Source: Rhizobiales bacterium PAR1 (GTDB taxonomy: Bacteria; Pseudomonadota; Alphaproteobacteria; Rhizobiales; Beijerinckiaceae). From it: DNA of 64,000 nucleotides. Every line of letters starts with the position of its first letter. Within the stretch, counting starts at the first letter, position 1. The notes beneath the pieces are model-generated. The model saw only the letters and a program-made list of their open reading frames with translations. It searched no databases and was not told where the DNA came from. The stretch spans positions 10,055 through 74,054 of the forward strand of contig NKIW01000011.1 of assembly GCA_002256205.1 (NCBI GenBank), read 5' to 3'. A program made the translations under genes and the position numbers. Shown here one piece after another: positions 37,830 through 47,106 of the stretch.

Positions 37830-39676
37830 GAGTGCACCAGCGTCTTGGTGGCGGCATCGGTCTTGCCGAGATGGGTGGAGATCGCCTTGACGATGAATCG
37901 CGCCGTGATCGGCGTGCCATCGAAATGCAGCACAGCAATGATCTTCGCCGGATCGACGCCAATCTCGTTGATCAGCATCGAGCGGAGCTGACCATCACGG
38001 TTCTGCTCAACGACAAATACCTGCTCGTGGTTGGCGATGAATTCGGCCACGCTGTCCGCGAACGGGAAGGCGCGGATGCGCATGGCATCGAGCGGCGCAT
38101 CGGCCTCGGCAAGGTTATCGAGCGCCTCGGCCATCGCCGGCGCGGTCGAGCCGAAATAGAGCACGCCGCAGCGGGACGGGGAGGGCGCGAGATGCGCAAT
38201 CGGCGCCGGCGCATAGGTCTTGGCCGTCTCGAATTTCTTGAGCAGCCGCTCCATGTTCTCGACGTAATCCGGCCCGGCTTCGGAATAACCCGCCATGCGA
38301 TTCTTGGAGGTGCCGCGCGTGAAATACGAGCCCTTGGTCGCGTGCGTGCCGGGGAAAGTGCGGTAGGGGATGCCGTCGCCATCGACATCGAGGTAGCGCC
38401 CGAAGGTCTTGCCTGCATCGAGATCCTCGGCCGTCATTACCTTGCCGCGATCAAGACTGCGGTTTTCATCCCACTCGAAGGGTTTGCAGAGCCGGTAATT
38501 CATGCCGATATCGAGATCGGTCATCACGAAGATCGGGGTTTGCAGCCGGTCTGCGAGGTCGAGCGCAGCGGCCGAAAAATCGAAGCACTCCTTCGGGTCT
38601 TCCGGGAACAGCAGGACGTGCTTGGTGTCGCCGTTGGAGGCATAGGCACAGGAGAGCAGGTCCGCCTGCTGCGTGCGTGTCGGCATGCCGGTGGAAGGCC
38701 CGCCACGCTGCACGTTGATGAGCACCGCCGGGATTTCCGCGAAATAGGCGAGACCGATGAATTCGGTCATCAGCGAGATGCCGGGGCCAGAGGTCGCGGT
38801 GAAGGCGCGCGCGCCATTCCAGGCGGCGCCGATCACCATGCCAATGGAGGCGAGCTCATCTTCCGCCTGCACAATCGCGTAGCGCGCCTCGCCCGTTTCC
38901 GGATCGTGTCGCAGCTTCTTGCAGTAGCTCTGGAAGGCTTCGACAACAGACGTGGAAGGGGTAATAGGATACCACGCACAAACTGTCGCGCCGCCGTAAA
39001 CGCAGCCGAGCGCAGCCGCGCTGTTGCCCTCAACGAAAATCATGTCACCAACGGCATCGGCGCGCCGCACCTTGAGATGGCAGGTGCCCGTCGCGACGTT
39101 GTCACGGGCATAATCACGCCCGAGGTTCAGGGCCTTCACGTTGGAGGCGAGAAGTGCCTCCTTGCCCTTATATTGCTCGGAGAACAGCCGCTCAATTTCC
39201 TTCGGCTCAATCTCGAACAGCCAGGAGAGCACGCCGAGGCAGATGATGTTCTTGAACAGCTGACGCTGGCGCACATCGGCATAGGTCGCGTTGCAGATCG
39301 CGGTCAGCGGAATGCCGATCACCGTGATGTCATCGCGGAAGGCCGAGGCGGGCATGGGCCGGGTGGAATCGTAGAGGAGATAGCCACCGGCCTCGATTTC
39401 CTTGAGGTCCTGCGCCCAGGTCTGCGGGTTCATCGCGACCATCATGTCGACGCCGCCGCGCCGGCCGAGATACCCCTTCTCGGTGACGCGGACCTCGAAC
39501 CAGGTCGGCAACCCCTGAATGTTGGAGGGGAAGATGTTGCGCGGACTGACCGGCACACCCATGCGCAAAATCGCGCGGGCGAACAGCTCATTCGCCGAAG
39601 CGGAGCCGGAACCGTTCACATTCGCGAACTTGACGACGAAATCATTGATCGCCGCGATGGGCGTCCTTGTGTGCAT
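37826..39676 (-). CDS. korA: 2-oxoacid:acceptor oxidoreductase alpha subunit (gamma-alpha fusion)
   Basis: Start ATG 39676; ANVNGSGS, WYPITPS, QAEDE, TSGPG, QRGGPSTGMPT, VEQNRDGQL. Confidence 0.94.
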   Translation of the reverse strand: MHTRTPIAAINDFVVKFANVNGSGSASANELFARAILRMGVPVSPRNIFPSNIQGLPTWFEVRVTEKGYLGRRGGVDMMVAMNPQTWAQDLKEIEAGGYLLYDSTRPMPASAFRDDITVIGIPLTAICNATYADVRQRQLFKNIICLGVLSWLFEIEPKEIERLFSEQYKGKEALLASNVKALNLGRDYARDNVATGTCHLKVRRADAVGDMIFVEGNSAAALGCVYGGATVCAWYPITPSTSVVEAFQSYCKKLRHDPETGEARYAIVQAEDELASIGMVIGAAWNGARAFTATSGPGISLMTEFIGLAYFAEIPAVLINVQRGGPSTGMPTRTQQADLLSCAYASNGDTKHVLLFPEDPKECFDFSAAALDLADRLQTPIFVMTDLDIGMNYRLCKPFEWDENRSLDRGKVMTAEDLDAGKTFGRYLDVDGDGIPYRTFPGTHATKGSYFTRGTSKNRMAGYSEAGPDYVENMERLLKKFETAKTYAPAPIAHLAPSPSRCGVLYFGSTAPAMAEALDNLAEADAPLDAMRIRAFPFADSVAEFIANHEQVFVVEQNRDGQLRSMLINEIGVDPAKIIAVLHFDGTPITARFIVKAISTHLGKTDAATKTLVHS

Positions 39677-39678
39677 GT

Positions 39679-41499
39679 TCACGACCGGCATCCCGCATGG
39701 GTCATTTCCAAGAAATACTTGTGCATGTCCCACGCGCCGGTGGGGCACCGCTCGGCGCAAAGGCCACAGTGGAGGCAAACGTCCTCGTCCTTCACCATGA
39801 TCCGCCCGGTTTTCAGGGCAGGGGAGACGTAGAGGCTCTGTTCAAAGTTGGTGGCAGGCGCGGAGAGGCGCGTGCGTAGCTCGGCTTCCTCGCCGTTGGG
39901 CGTAAAGGTGATGCAATCCATAGGACAGATGTCGAGGCAAGCATCGCATTCGATGCACTTCGGCCCTTCAAACACGGTCTGGACATCGCAGTTGAGGCAG
40001 CGCTGGGCTTCCTTCACCGCCAGCGCCACGTCAAACCCTAGTTCGACCTCGGCGCGGATGTTCTTCAACGCGGCTTCCTTCGCGAGATGCGGCACCTTGG
40101 TGCGCGGATCAATCGCGACGTTGTTGTCGTAGCTCCATTCATGAATGCCCATCTTCTGGCTGATGACGGTGACACCGGGGGCAGGGCGCTCGGAAAGGCT
40201 TTCACCCTCGCAATGCTTGTGGATCGAGATGGCGGCATCATGGCCATGCGCGACAGCCCAGATGATATTCTTCGGCCCGAACGCCGCATCGCCGCCGAAA
40301 AAGACAGTCGGCAAACTGGATTGGAAAGTCGTGGCATCGAGCTTGGGCAGGCCCCAGCGGTCGAATTCGAGGCCGATATCACGCTCGATCCACGGGAAGG
40401 CATTCTCCTGCCCGACCGCGACCAGCACATCATCGCCTTCGATGAAGCGATCCGACTCGCCCGTGGGGACGAGATCGCGGCGACCCTTGTCGTCGTAAAC
40501 GGCTTTGACCGGCTCGAACATCATGCCAACGAGTTTGCCGCCCTCGACCACGAAGCTCTTGGGCGCGAGGAAGTTGAGGATCGGAATATCCTCGGCAATG
40601 GCATCATCCTTTTCCCAGGGCGAGGCCTTCATTTCCTCAAAGCCAGAGCGGACGACCACCGTCACCTTCTCGCCACCAAGACGACGCGCCGTGCGGCAGC
40701 AATCCATCGCGGTATTGCCGCCTCCGAGCACAATCACGCGCTTGCCGATGGTCGTGAAATGACCGAACGAGACATTCGCCAGCCACTCGATGCCGGTGTG
40801 GATATTCTTTTCGCCCTCGGTCTTGCCAGGCAGATCGAGCGCACGGCCGCGCGGCGCACCGGTGCCGACGTAGATCGCGTCAAAGCCCTCGCCGAGCATG
40901 TCTTTCAGCGAATTCACCCGCGTCTGGTGCACGACAACGTCGCCCGCACCGACCGCGTAACCACATTCCTCGTCAATCACCTCTTCTGGCAGGCGGAAGC
41001 GGGGGATTTGCGTGCGGACCATGCCGCCGAGCTTGGCGCCCTCGTCAAACACTTCGACGCGGTAGCCAATGGCCGCCAAATCACGCGCGACAGTCAATGA
41101 GGACGGCCCGCCGCCGATGCAGGCGATGCGGCGCCCGTTCGAGGGCAGCGGTTTGGGGAGACGGCCCGTCAGGTCATCCTTGAAATCGGCCGCAACGCGC
41201 TTGAGACGGCAGATCGCCACCGGCTCCTTGCGGCTTCCCGACAGCGTCTCGTCCTCGACACGCCCGCGTCGACAGGCCGGCTCGCAGGGGCGATCACAGG
41301 TGCGGCCGAGAATGCCGGGGAACACATTGGATTTCCAGTTGATCATATAGGCATCGTCATAGCGGCCATGCGCGATCAACCGGATGTATTCCGGCACAGG
41401 CGTATGAGCCGGGCAGGCCCATTGGCAGTCGACAACCTTGTGGAAATACGACGGATTACGGATATCGGTGGGCTGCAAGTCGTTTCCCCTGATCGTCAT
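39679..41499 (-). CDS. GltD-like FAD/Fe-S NAD(P)H:ferredoxin oxidoreductase with C-terminal 2x[4Fe-4S] domain (KorC-like)
   Basis: CQWACP, GRTCDRPCEPACRR, GGGPSS, GGGNTAMD, CIECDACLDICP, CLHCGLCAERCP. Confidence 0.9.
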   Translation of the reverse strand: MTIRGNDLQPTDIRNPSYFHKVVDCQWACPAHTPVPEYIRLIAHGRYDDAYMINWKSNVFPGILGRTCDRPCEPACRRGRVEDETLSGSRKEPVAICRLKRVAADFKDDLTGRLPKPLPSNGRRIACIGGGPSSLTVARDLAAIGYRVEVFDEGAKLGGMVRTQIPRFRLPEEVIDEECGYAVGAGDVVVHQTRVNSLKDMLGEGFDAIYVGTGAPRGRALDLPGKTEGEKNIHTGIEWLANVSFGHFTTIGKRVIVLGGGNTAMDCCRTARRLGGEKVTVVVRSGFEEMKASPWEKDDAIAEDIPILNFLAPKSFVVEGGKLVGMMFEPVKAVYDDKGRRDLVPTGESDRFIEGDDVLVAVGQENAFPWIERDIGLEFDRWGLPKLDATTFQSSLPTVFFGGDAAFGPKNIIWAVAHGHDAAISIHKHCEGESLSERPAPGVTVISQKMGIHEWSYDNNVAIDPRTKVPHLAKEAALKNIRAEVELGFDVALAVKEAQRCLNCDVQTVFEGPKCIECDACLDICPMDCITFTPNGEEAELRTRLSAPATNFEQSLYVSPALKTGRIMVKDEDVCLHCGLCAERCPTGAWDMHKYFLEMTHAGCRS

Positions 41500-41586
41500 G
41501 AGCCAGCGTCCGTTCCGGAGAGGCGCTGTTATTTAGTTAGGCAATTTGATCACTGCATTGGCGCGACAGCAAGTCTCGGATTGAGA

Positions 41587-41602
41587 ATTTTACCGGTAAA
41601 AT
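41587..41602. promoter_or_regulatory. Perfect palindrome upstream of the kor operon; LacI-family-like operator
   Basis: ATTTTACCGGTAAAAT, with a central CG typical of LacI-family sites. Confidence 0.5.
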
Positions 41603-41667
41603 GTCACGCGTACACAATCGCCGCGCTCCCAAAGCCCCGTTATGCCATCCGGAAAAGGTGAAAGGCA

Positions 41668-42513
41668 CTATTCCGCTTTTTGCGAGGAGAACAGCGCGAC
41701 CATCACTGCCATCGACCCGGCAACGACCATCAGAAGCAGGCTTGCAGCATTGAGCGCCGGAGTCGCGCCCTCGCGCATCTGGCCATACATGTAGATCGGC
41801 AGCGGCGCATCCGAGCCAACGAGGATCAGCGTCGTGTTGAAATTCTCGAACGACATCAGCATCGCCACCAGCCCCGCGCCGATCATCGCCGGCTTGAGGA
41901 AGGGCAGGGTGACAGTCCAGAGCACCCGCCAGCGACTTGCGCCAAGGTCAAAAGCCGCTTCCTCAAGGGAGCGATCGAACTTTTTCAGCCGCGCGCCGAT
42001 AATCAAGGTCGAGATCGTCAGGACGAAGGACAGCTGCCCGAGGATGACGAGAAAGAGGCCGGGGCGGAGGAAATCGAGATCCATGTTCAGCCAATCCTCG
42101 AGGCTATTGGCGATCCGCGAGGAAAACGCGAGGATCGAGATGCCAAGGATCACGCCGGGGATGACAAGCGGCCAGAGCATCATCATCGAGAGGAGCGCCT
42201 TGCCAGGGAAATTCCGCCGCTCCAGCAGGAAGGCATTCGCGGTCCCCAGCACCACCGCCAGCACCGTCACCGGGAGGGCGATTTTCAGCGAATTGAGGAT
42301 CGCGGTGAGCATCGCCGGGTCTTTGAGGATGCCTGGTTTACCGAAAACAGCACCGGTTCCAGTGAACCATTCGACTGTAAAACCCTTCCACGGCGGGGCG
42401 GGAAACAGGCTCGCGTTGAAGGCAAACAGCGCGACCACCACCAGCGGCGCAAACAGGAACAAGTAGAACGCCGCCACATAGAGCCGGAAGGAGAGCGAAG
42501 CCTTCTGCATCAC
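41668..42513 (-). CDS. PotC-family ABC permease
   Basis: LEEAAFDLGASRWRVLWTVTLP (EAA motif), SFENFNTT, TPALNA. Confidence 0.92.
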   Translation of the reverse strand: MMQKASLSFRLYVAAFYLFLFAPLVVVALFAFNASLFPAPPWKGFTVEWFTGTGAVFGKPGILKDPAMLTAILNSLKIALPVTVLAVVLGTANAFLLERRNFPGKALLSMMMLWPLVIPGVILGISILAFSSRIANSLEDWLNMDLDFLRPGLFLVILGQLSFVLTISTLIIGARLKKFDRSLEEAAFDLGASRWRVLWTVTLPFLKPAMIGAGLVAMLMSFENFNTTLILVGSDAPLPIYMYGQMREGATPALNAASLLLMVVAGSMAVMVALFSSQKAE

Positions 42514-43400
42514 GCTTTCCTCAACGTCTCTGCAAAGCCCTGCCCGGTGAGGCGCAGGCCGAGCCAGACAATCACCGTCGAAAGCAGGAGTAACATGAAG
42601 CCGAAGGCCGAGCCTTGCGGCCAGTTGAAGCGCGTGATGAACTGCGAATAGATCTGCTCGGTAAACCAGAGTCCGTTTTTGCCGCCGAGCATCACGGGGG
42701 TGACGAAATTCCCCACAGTCAGCATGAAAACGACGATAGAACCCGCGACGATGCCCGGCATTGCATGCGGAATGATAATCCGTCGGAGCACGGTGAGGTG
42801 CGAACCGCCCAGATCATACCCCGCCTCGATCTGCGCGGTTTCGAGACTTTCGAGCGCGTTGGTCAACGGCACAATCATGAACAGCATCCCGCCGTAGACG
42901 AGGCCGAGCACCACAGAGGCATCGTTATAAAGCATCTCGACCGGCCCGCTCGCGAGCCCAGCCTTCTGGAGCAGGAAGGAAAGCACGCCGGTTTCGCGCA
43001 GCATCATCATCCAGCCCAGCGTGCGCACGAGTTCCGAAGCCCAGAACGGGATCAGGCACATCAGGAACAAGAGCGGCTTCGATTTCCCGCTCGCGAATTT
43101 GGCGATGTAGAGCGCGACCGGAAACGAGATCACCAGCGTGATCAGCGTCACGAGGATCGAGAGGAACGCTGTGCGCGCAAACGTCCGCCAGTAGATCGGC
43201 TCGCCGAGGAATTCGAGGTAATTGCCGAAACCAAAGGCATAGACGCGCGGCGCGATGCGCTCGGAGAACGAGAGAACCGCGATCTCGACATGCGGCAGGA
43301 TCACCAGCACACCGAGCCAGAGCACCGCCGGCGCGAGCAGCAGAAAAAGCCCGAGCTTTTCGGCGAAAAGCGATCTCTCGGAGGAGGGAAGGGCGGTCAT
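42510..43400 (-). CDS. PotB-family ABC permease
   Basis: PFWASELVRT, EAGYDLGG, FNWPQGSA. Confidence 0.92.
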   Translation of the reverse strand: MTALPSSERSLFAEKLGLFLLLAPAVLWLGVLVILPHVEIAVLSFSERIAPRVYAFGFGNYLEFLGEPIYWRTFARTAFLSILVTLITLVISFPVALYIAKFASGKSKPLLFLMCLIPFWASELVRTLGWMMMLRETGVLSFLLQKAGLASGPVEMLYNDASVVLGLVYGGMLFMIVPLTNALESLETAQIEAGYDLGGSHLTVLRRIIIPHAMPGIVAGSIVVFMLTVGNFVTPVMLGGKNGLWFTEQIYSQFITRFNWPQGSAFGFMLLLLSTVIVWLGLRLTGQGFAETLRKA

Positions 43401-43407
43401 TTCTCTC

Positions 43408-44487
43408 TCACGCCGGGAAAATCTTCAGCGCTTCGGGCGCAAAGCCAAAGCCGATCGGCGCGCCCGCCATGATCCCGGCGAGCGGCCCCGCCTGCGGCAG
43501 CGTCGCACGCAAATGGGGGAAGCCCTCGGCCTTGATGACCAGCGTTGAAGCCGCGCCGTCGAACAACACGGTCGAAACCGTGCCGGCAAAGCGGTTAGGC
43601 AGCGAGGAAAGCTCGCCGGGCACAGCCGCCAGCGCAATGGCCTCGGGGCGGAGATAGGCGGAAACCGCTCCGCTCCCTGATCCGGCTCCCACCAACGCTG
43701 CACCCGTCGAGAGCTTTATGCCGAGGCCGGTGGCCTGTGCCCCAAAGGTCGAACCATTCCAGACATTGGCATCGCCGACAAAACCGGCAACGAAGCTCGT
43801 CAGGGGATTGTGATAGAGTTCGCGCGGCGAGCCGACCTGCTCAAACCGGCCTTTGTTCATCACCGCGACACGGTCCGACATCACCAACGCCTCGGATTGG
43901 TCGTGGGTGATGTAGAGAAAGGTCGTGTTGAAGGCTGCCTGAAGCTGCTTCAGCTCCAATTTCATATGTTCACGCAGCTTGAGATCGAGCGCGCCGAGCG
44001 GCTCATCGAGCAGTACCAGCGTCGGTTCGAGCACGAGGCAGCGGGCAATCGCCACACGCTGACGCTGACCGCCGGAGAGCTTCGTCACCGGGCGATCCTC
44101 AAAGCCTGCAAGGCCGACGCGATCAAGAATCCGCGTGATCCGTTGTCCGGCCTCGATTTTATCGACACCCGCGCAGGCCAAACCATAGCCGACGTTCTCC
44201 CCCACGCTCATCATCGGGAACAGCGCGAGGCTCTGGAACACCATGTTCACCGGACGCTTGTTCGCCGGCACAGCGAGCATGGATTTGCCGCGAATGCGGA
44301 TATCCCCGCTCGTCGGATGCTCGAACCCGGCAATCATCCGCATCAGCGTGGTCTTGCCACAGCCGGAAGGACCGAGAATCGAAAAAAACTCACCAGGCGC
44401 CACGTCGAACGTCACGGAATCGACGGCACGATGCGCGCCAAATTCCTTGACGACCGAGAGAAGCGCGAGATCGGCGCTATCGGACAT
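43408..44487 (-). CDS. PotA-family ABC ATPase
   Basis: Start ATG 44487; [35 protein letters not shown]. Confidence 0.93.
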   Translation of the reverse strand: MSDSADLALLSVVKEFGAHRAVDSVTFDVAPGEFFSILGPSGCGKTTLMRMIAGFEHPTSGDIRIRGKSMLAVPANKRPVNMVFQSLALFPMMSVGENVGYGLACAGVDKIEAGQRITRILDRVGLAGFEDRPVTKLSGGQRQRVAIARCLVLEPTLVLLDEPLGALDLKLREHMKLELKQLQAAFNTTFLYITHDQSEALVMSDRVAVMNKGRFEQVGSPRELYHNPLTSFVAGFVGDANVWNGSTFGAQATGLGIKLSTGAALVGAGSGSGAVSAYLRPEAIALAAVPGELSSLPNRFAGTVSTVLFDGAASTLVIKAEGFPHLRATLPQAGPLAGIMAGAPIGFGFAPEALKIFPA

Positions 44488-44582
44488 GAAATCCCCCCGG
44501 ACGCCATTCCCCACAAGCGTCATAACAGGAAAACCGCCCCGCGCTCGTGGCGCGGAGCGGGCTCGAAAAGAGGCGCAAGGCC

Positions 44583-45653
44583 TCAGTTCGCGGATTTCAC
44601 CTTGTCGAGCACCTTGCCCTCGATGGCCTCAAGCCCGGCCGGGACCGCCGGATACCACTTGATATTCTCGATCGCCGCGAGCGGGAAGCTCTCCGCGAAC
44701 TGGTCCTTCAGCTTGCCGGCGGCGAGCTTGTCCGCGCCTTGAGACGCGGAGAAATTGCCGGCGGAAGCTGCAACCTTTGCCGCGATATCCGGGCGCATGT
44801 TGAAGTTGATCCACTTGTAGGCGGCGTCATCCGCACGCCCCTTCGCCGGGATCGCGAAGGTATCGACCCAGCCGAGCGCACCCGACTTCGGTGCGATGAA
44901 CTTGATTTCGGGGTTCTCGCTGTTGAGCTTCCAGCCGCCGGTATCCCAGGCCATCGCGGCGGTGACTTCACCGGCGCGCAGGCCCGCGAGCAGCGCGTCC
45001 TTGCCATCCCAGAAGAACTTAAGGTTGGCCTTGCACTCGGTCAGCTTGGCACCAACCTTGTCCATCATCTCGGAATAGGCCTTCTCGTTGCTGTAGGCCG
45101 CAAAGGGGTTCATGCCCATCGAGAAGGCGAAGGCGATCAGCGTCGGGCGCTTGGCACGAAGGCTCGCCTTGCCTTTCACCTCAGGCCCGCAAAGGTCGAG
45201 ATAATCCTTCACCCCCGGTGCCGCCTTGGTGTTCACCACGAGGCCATCCGTGCCCCAGATATGTGGCAGGCCATAGACCTTGCCGCCGGCGGTGGTATTG
45301 GCCTTGGTGGCTTCCAGCATCGAGCCGATGAAGAGCTTGGCGTCGATCTTCGAAAGGTCGAGCGGCTTGTAGATCCCGAATTCCGCCTGCGGGCCGGTGA
45401 TGCGATCCTGACTCGGCTGGGCGAGATCAAAACCCGCGCCTTGCGTGGCGCGCAGCTTGGATATCATCTCTTCGTTGTTGGAAAGTGTGATCTCGACCTC
45501 GATGCCGGTCTCCTTGGTGAAGGCATCCACGACTTCCTTGGGCGCGTAATCGGCCCAGGTCAGCAGACGCAGCTTCTCGGCAGCTTGCGCTCCCCCCGCG
45601 GCCAGAAGCGCGGCAAAGGCAACAGAACCGATCACAAAAGACCATTTTTTCAT
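44583..45653 (-). CDS. PotD/PotF-like ABC substrate-binding protein
   Basis: Start ATG 45653; LLTWADY, SNNEEM, PHIWGTDGL, WVDTFAIP. Confidence 0.9.
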   Translation of the reverse strand: MKKWSFVIGSVAFAALLAAGGAQAAEKLRLLTWADYAPKEVVDAFTKETGIEVEITLSNNEEMISKLRATQGAGFDLAQPSQDRITGPQAEFGIYKPLDLSKIDAKLFIGSMLEATKANTTAGGKVYGLPHIWGTDGLVVNTKAAPGVKDYLDLCGPEVKGKASLRAKRPTLIAFAFSMGMNPFAAYSNEKAYSEMMDKVGAKLTECKANLKFFWDGKDALLAGLRAGEVTAAMAWDTGGWKLNSENPEIKFIAPKSGALGWVDTFAIPAKGRADDAAYKWINFNMRPDIAAKVAASAGNFSASQGADKLAAGKLKDQFAESFPLAAIENIKWYPAVPAGLEAIEGKVLDKVKSAN

Positions 45654-45816
45654 CAAAAGTACCTCCCTGAAGTCAATCACATGTCGATGGCTGATTTTGT
45701 CGTTCCCAATCGACCAGCCAGCATGTTCGTGCGGAACTGTTTCGTTGTCTAATAAAAATTTTGCTTCGGCTTTCGGGCCGGATTTTCGCCAGACACAGGG
45801 TTATTGGACCGTGCGT

Positions 45817-45834
45817 TCGACAGTTTTATGACTG
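45817..45834 (-). promoter_or_regulatory. PhoB (Pho) box-like tandem repeat
   Basis: Minus strand CAGTCAT-AAAA-CTGTCGA versus consensus CTGTCAT-AWAW-CTGTCAY. Confidence 0.5.
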
Positions 45835-46005
45835 TTTGGTGTCTGGAGATATCGGATTGCGGCGTTTGAAGTGGATTTGCGCCAATCCAACGCACGTTGG
45901 AGCAAAAGCAGGCGTTGCAATGCGCGCCAGCTTTTGCATCAATACGCCCCGATAGCCGGCAAACGGGCGATTTCGGCCCGTTGCGGCATGCTGGAGGGGC
46001 GAAGC

Positions 46006-47037
46006 ATGAAATCGAAATTCCTTGTGGGCGTGGGTCTTTGTCTTGCGGCCTTGATCGCGAGCGCGCCGATCGCTTCCGCGCAGACGCGCACGAAAGTCAC
46101 GGCCTATACCGCGCTTGAAAATGACCAGCTTCAGCCGTTCAAGGCAGCGATCGAGGCGGGCGTGCCGGATGTTGAAATCGTCTGGGTTCGCGATTCCACC
46201 GGCGTCATCACCGCGCGATTCCTTGCGGAGAAGGATAACCCGCGCGCCGATCTCGTGATCGGCCTCGTCGCCACCAGCCTCCTGCTGTTCGAAAAGCAGA
46301 ACCTGCTGGACGAATACAAGCCAAAAGACTCGGACAAGCTCCGTCCCGGCTTCCGGGACACAGCAGGCCCCTATACCTGGACCGGGATGGACGCGATCCT
46401 CGCAGTCGTTTGCTTCAACACGGTTGAAGCAAAGAAGGACAGCGCCGCCGCGCCCGTCTCTTGGGAAGACCTCACCAAGCCTGCATTCAAGGGCAAGATC
46501 GTGATGCCGCATCCGGCCTCCTCCGGCACGGGTTACCTTCAGGTCGCGGCGTGGCTGCAGATCATGGGCGAGGAAAAGGGCTGGGCTTTCATGGACAAGC
46601 TCCATGAGAACATCGCCGTCTATACCCATTCCGGCTCTGCCCCATGCGTGCAAGCCGCGAAGGGGGAGCGCATGGTCGGCATTGGCTTCGACATGCGCGG
46701 CGCCAAGGAAAAGACCAATGGCGCGCCGATCGACCTCATCGTGCCGAAGGAAGGCGTGGGCTGGGACCTCGAAGCGACCGCTGTCGTCAAGGGCTCGAAG
46801 AACCTGGAAGCAGCGCGCAAGGTTGCCGAATGGTCCGCCACCAAGGCCGCTAATGATCTCTACGGCAAGTATTCCGCCATTGTCGCGCATCCCGATGTCA
46901 AGAGCGCACCGCCGAACTACCCGGCGGATGCCGAGGCGAAACTCGTGAAGAATGATTTCGCGTGGATGGCCAACGATCGCGAGCGCATTCTCAAGGAATG
47001 GGTGAAGCGTTACGAAGGCAAGGCCGCGCCGAAGTAA
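46006..47037 (+). CDS. Putative 2-aminoethylphosphonate ABC substrate-binding protein (PhnS2/AepX-like)
   Basis: VYTALENDQL, WVRDSTGVITA, MPHPASSGTG, YTHSGSAPC are recognisable family motifs. Confidence 0.85.
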   Translation: MKSKFLVGVGLCLAALIASAPIASAQTRTKVTAYTALENDQLQPFKAAIEAGVPDVEIVWVRDSTGVITARFLAEKDNPRADLVIGLVATSLLLFEKQNLLDEYKPKDSDKLRPGFRDTAGPYTWTGMDAILAVVCFNTVEAKKDSAAAPVSWEDLTKPAFKGKIVMPHPASSGTGYLQVAAWLQIMGEEKGWAFMDKLHENIAVYTHSGSAPCVQAAKGERMVGIGFDMRGAKEKTNGAPIDLIVPKEGVGWDLEATAVVKGSKNLEAARKVAEWSATKAANDLYGKYSAIVAHPDVKSAPPNYPADAEAKLVKNDFAWMANDRERILKEWVKRYEGKAAPK

Positions 47038-47106
47038 GCAACGGAACAGGCTTTGAGTGGGCCCGGTCGGCAAGGCCGGGCCGTGTTGTTGGGAATCGGG
47101 GGACGT

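Noticed and set aside
41546-41559. FNR/FixK box upstream of korC
   Set aside because: Only the TTGAT half-site is present; the second half is GCATT rather than ATCAA.
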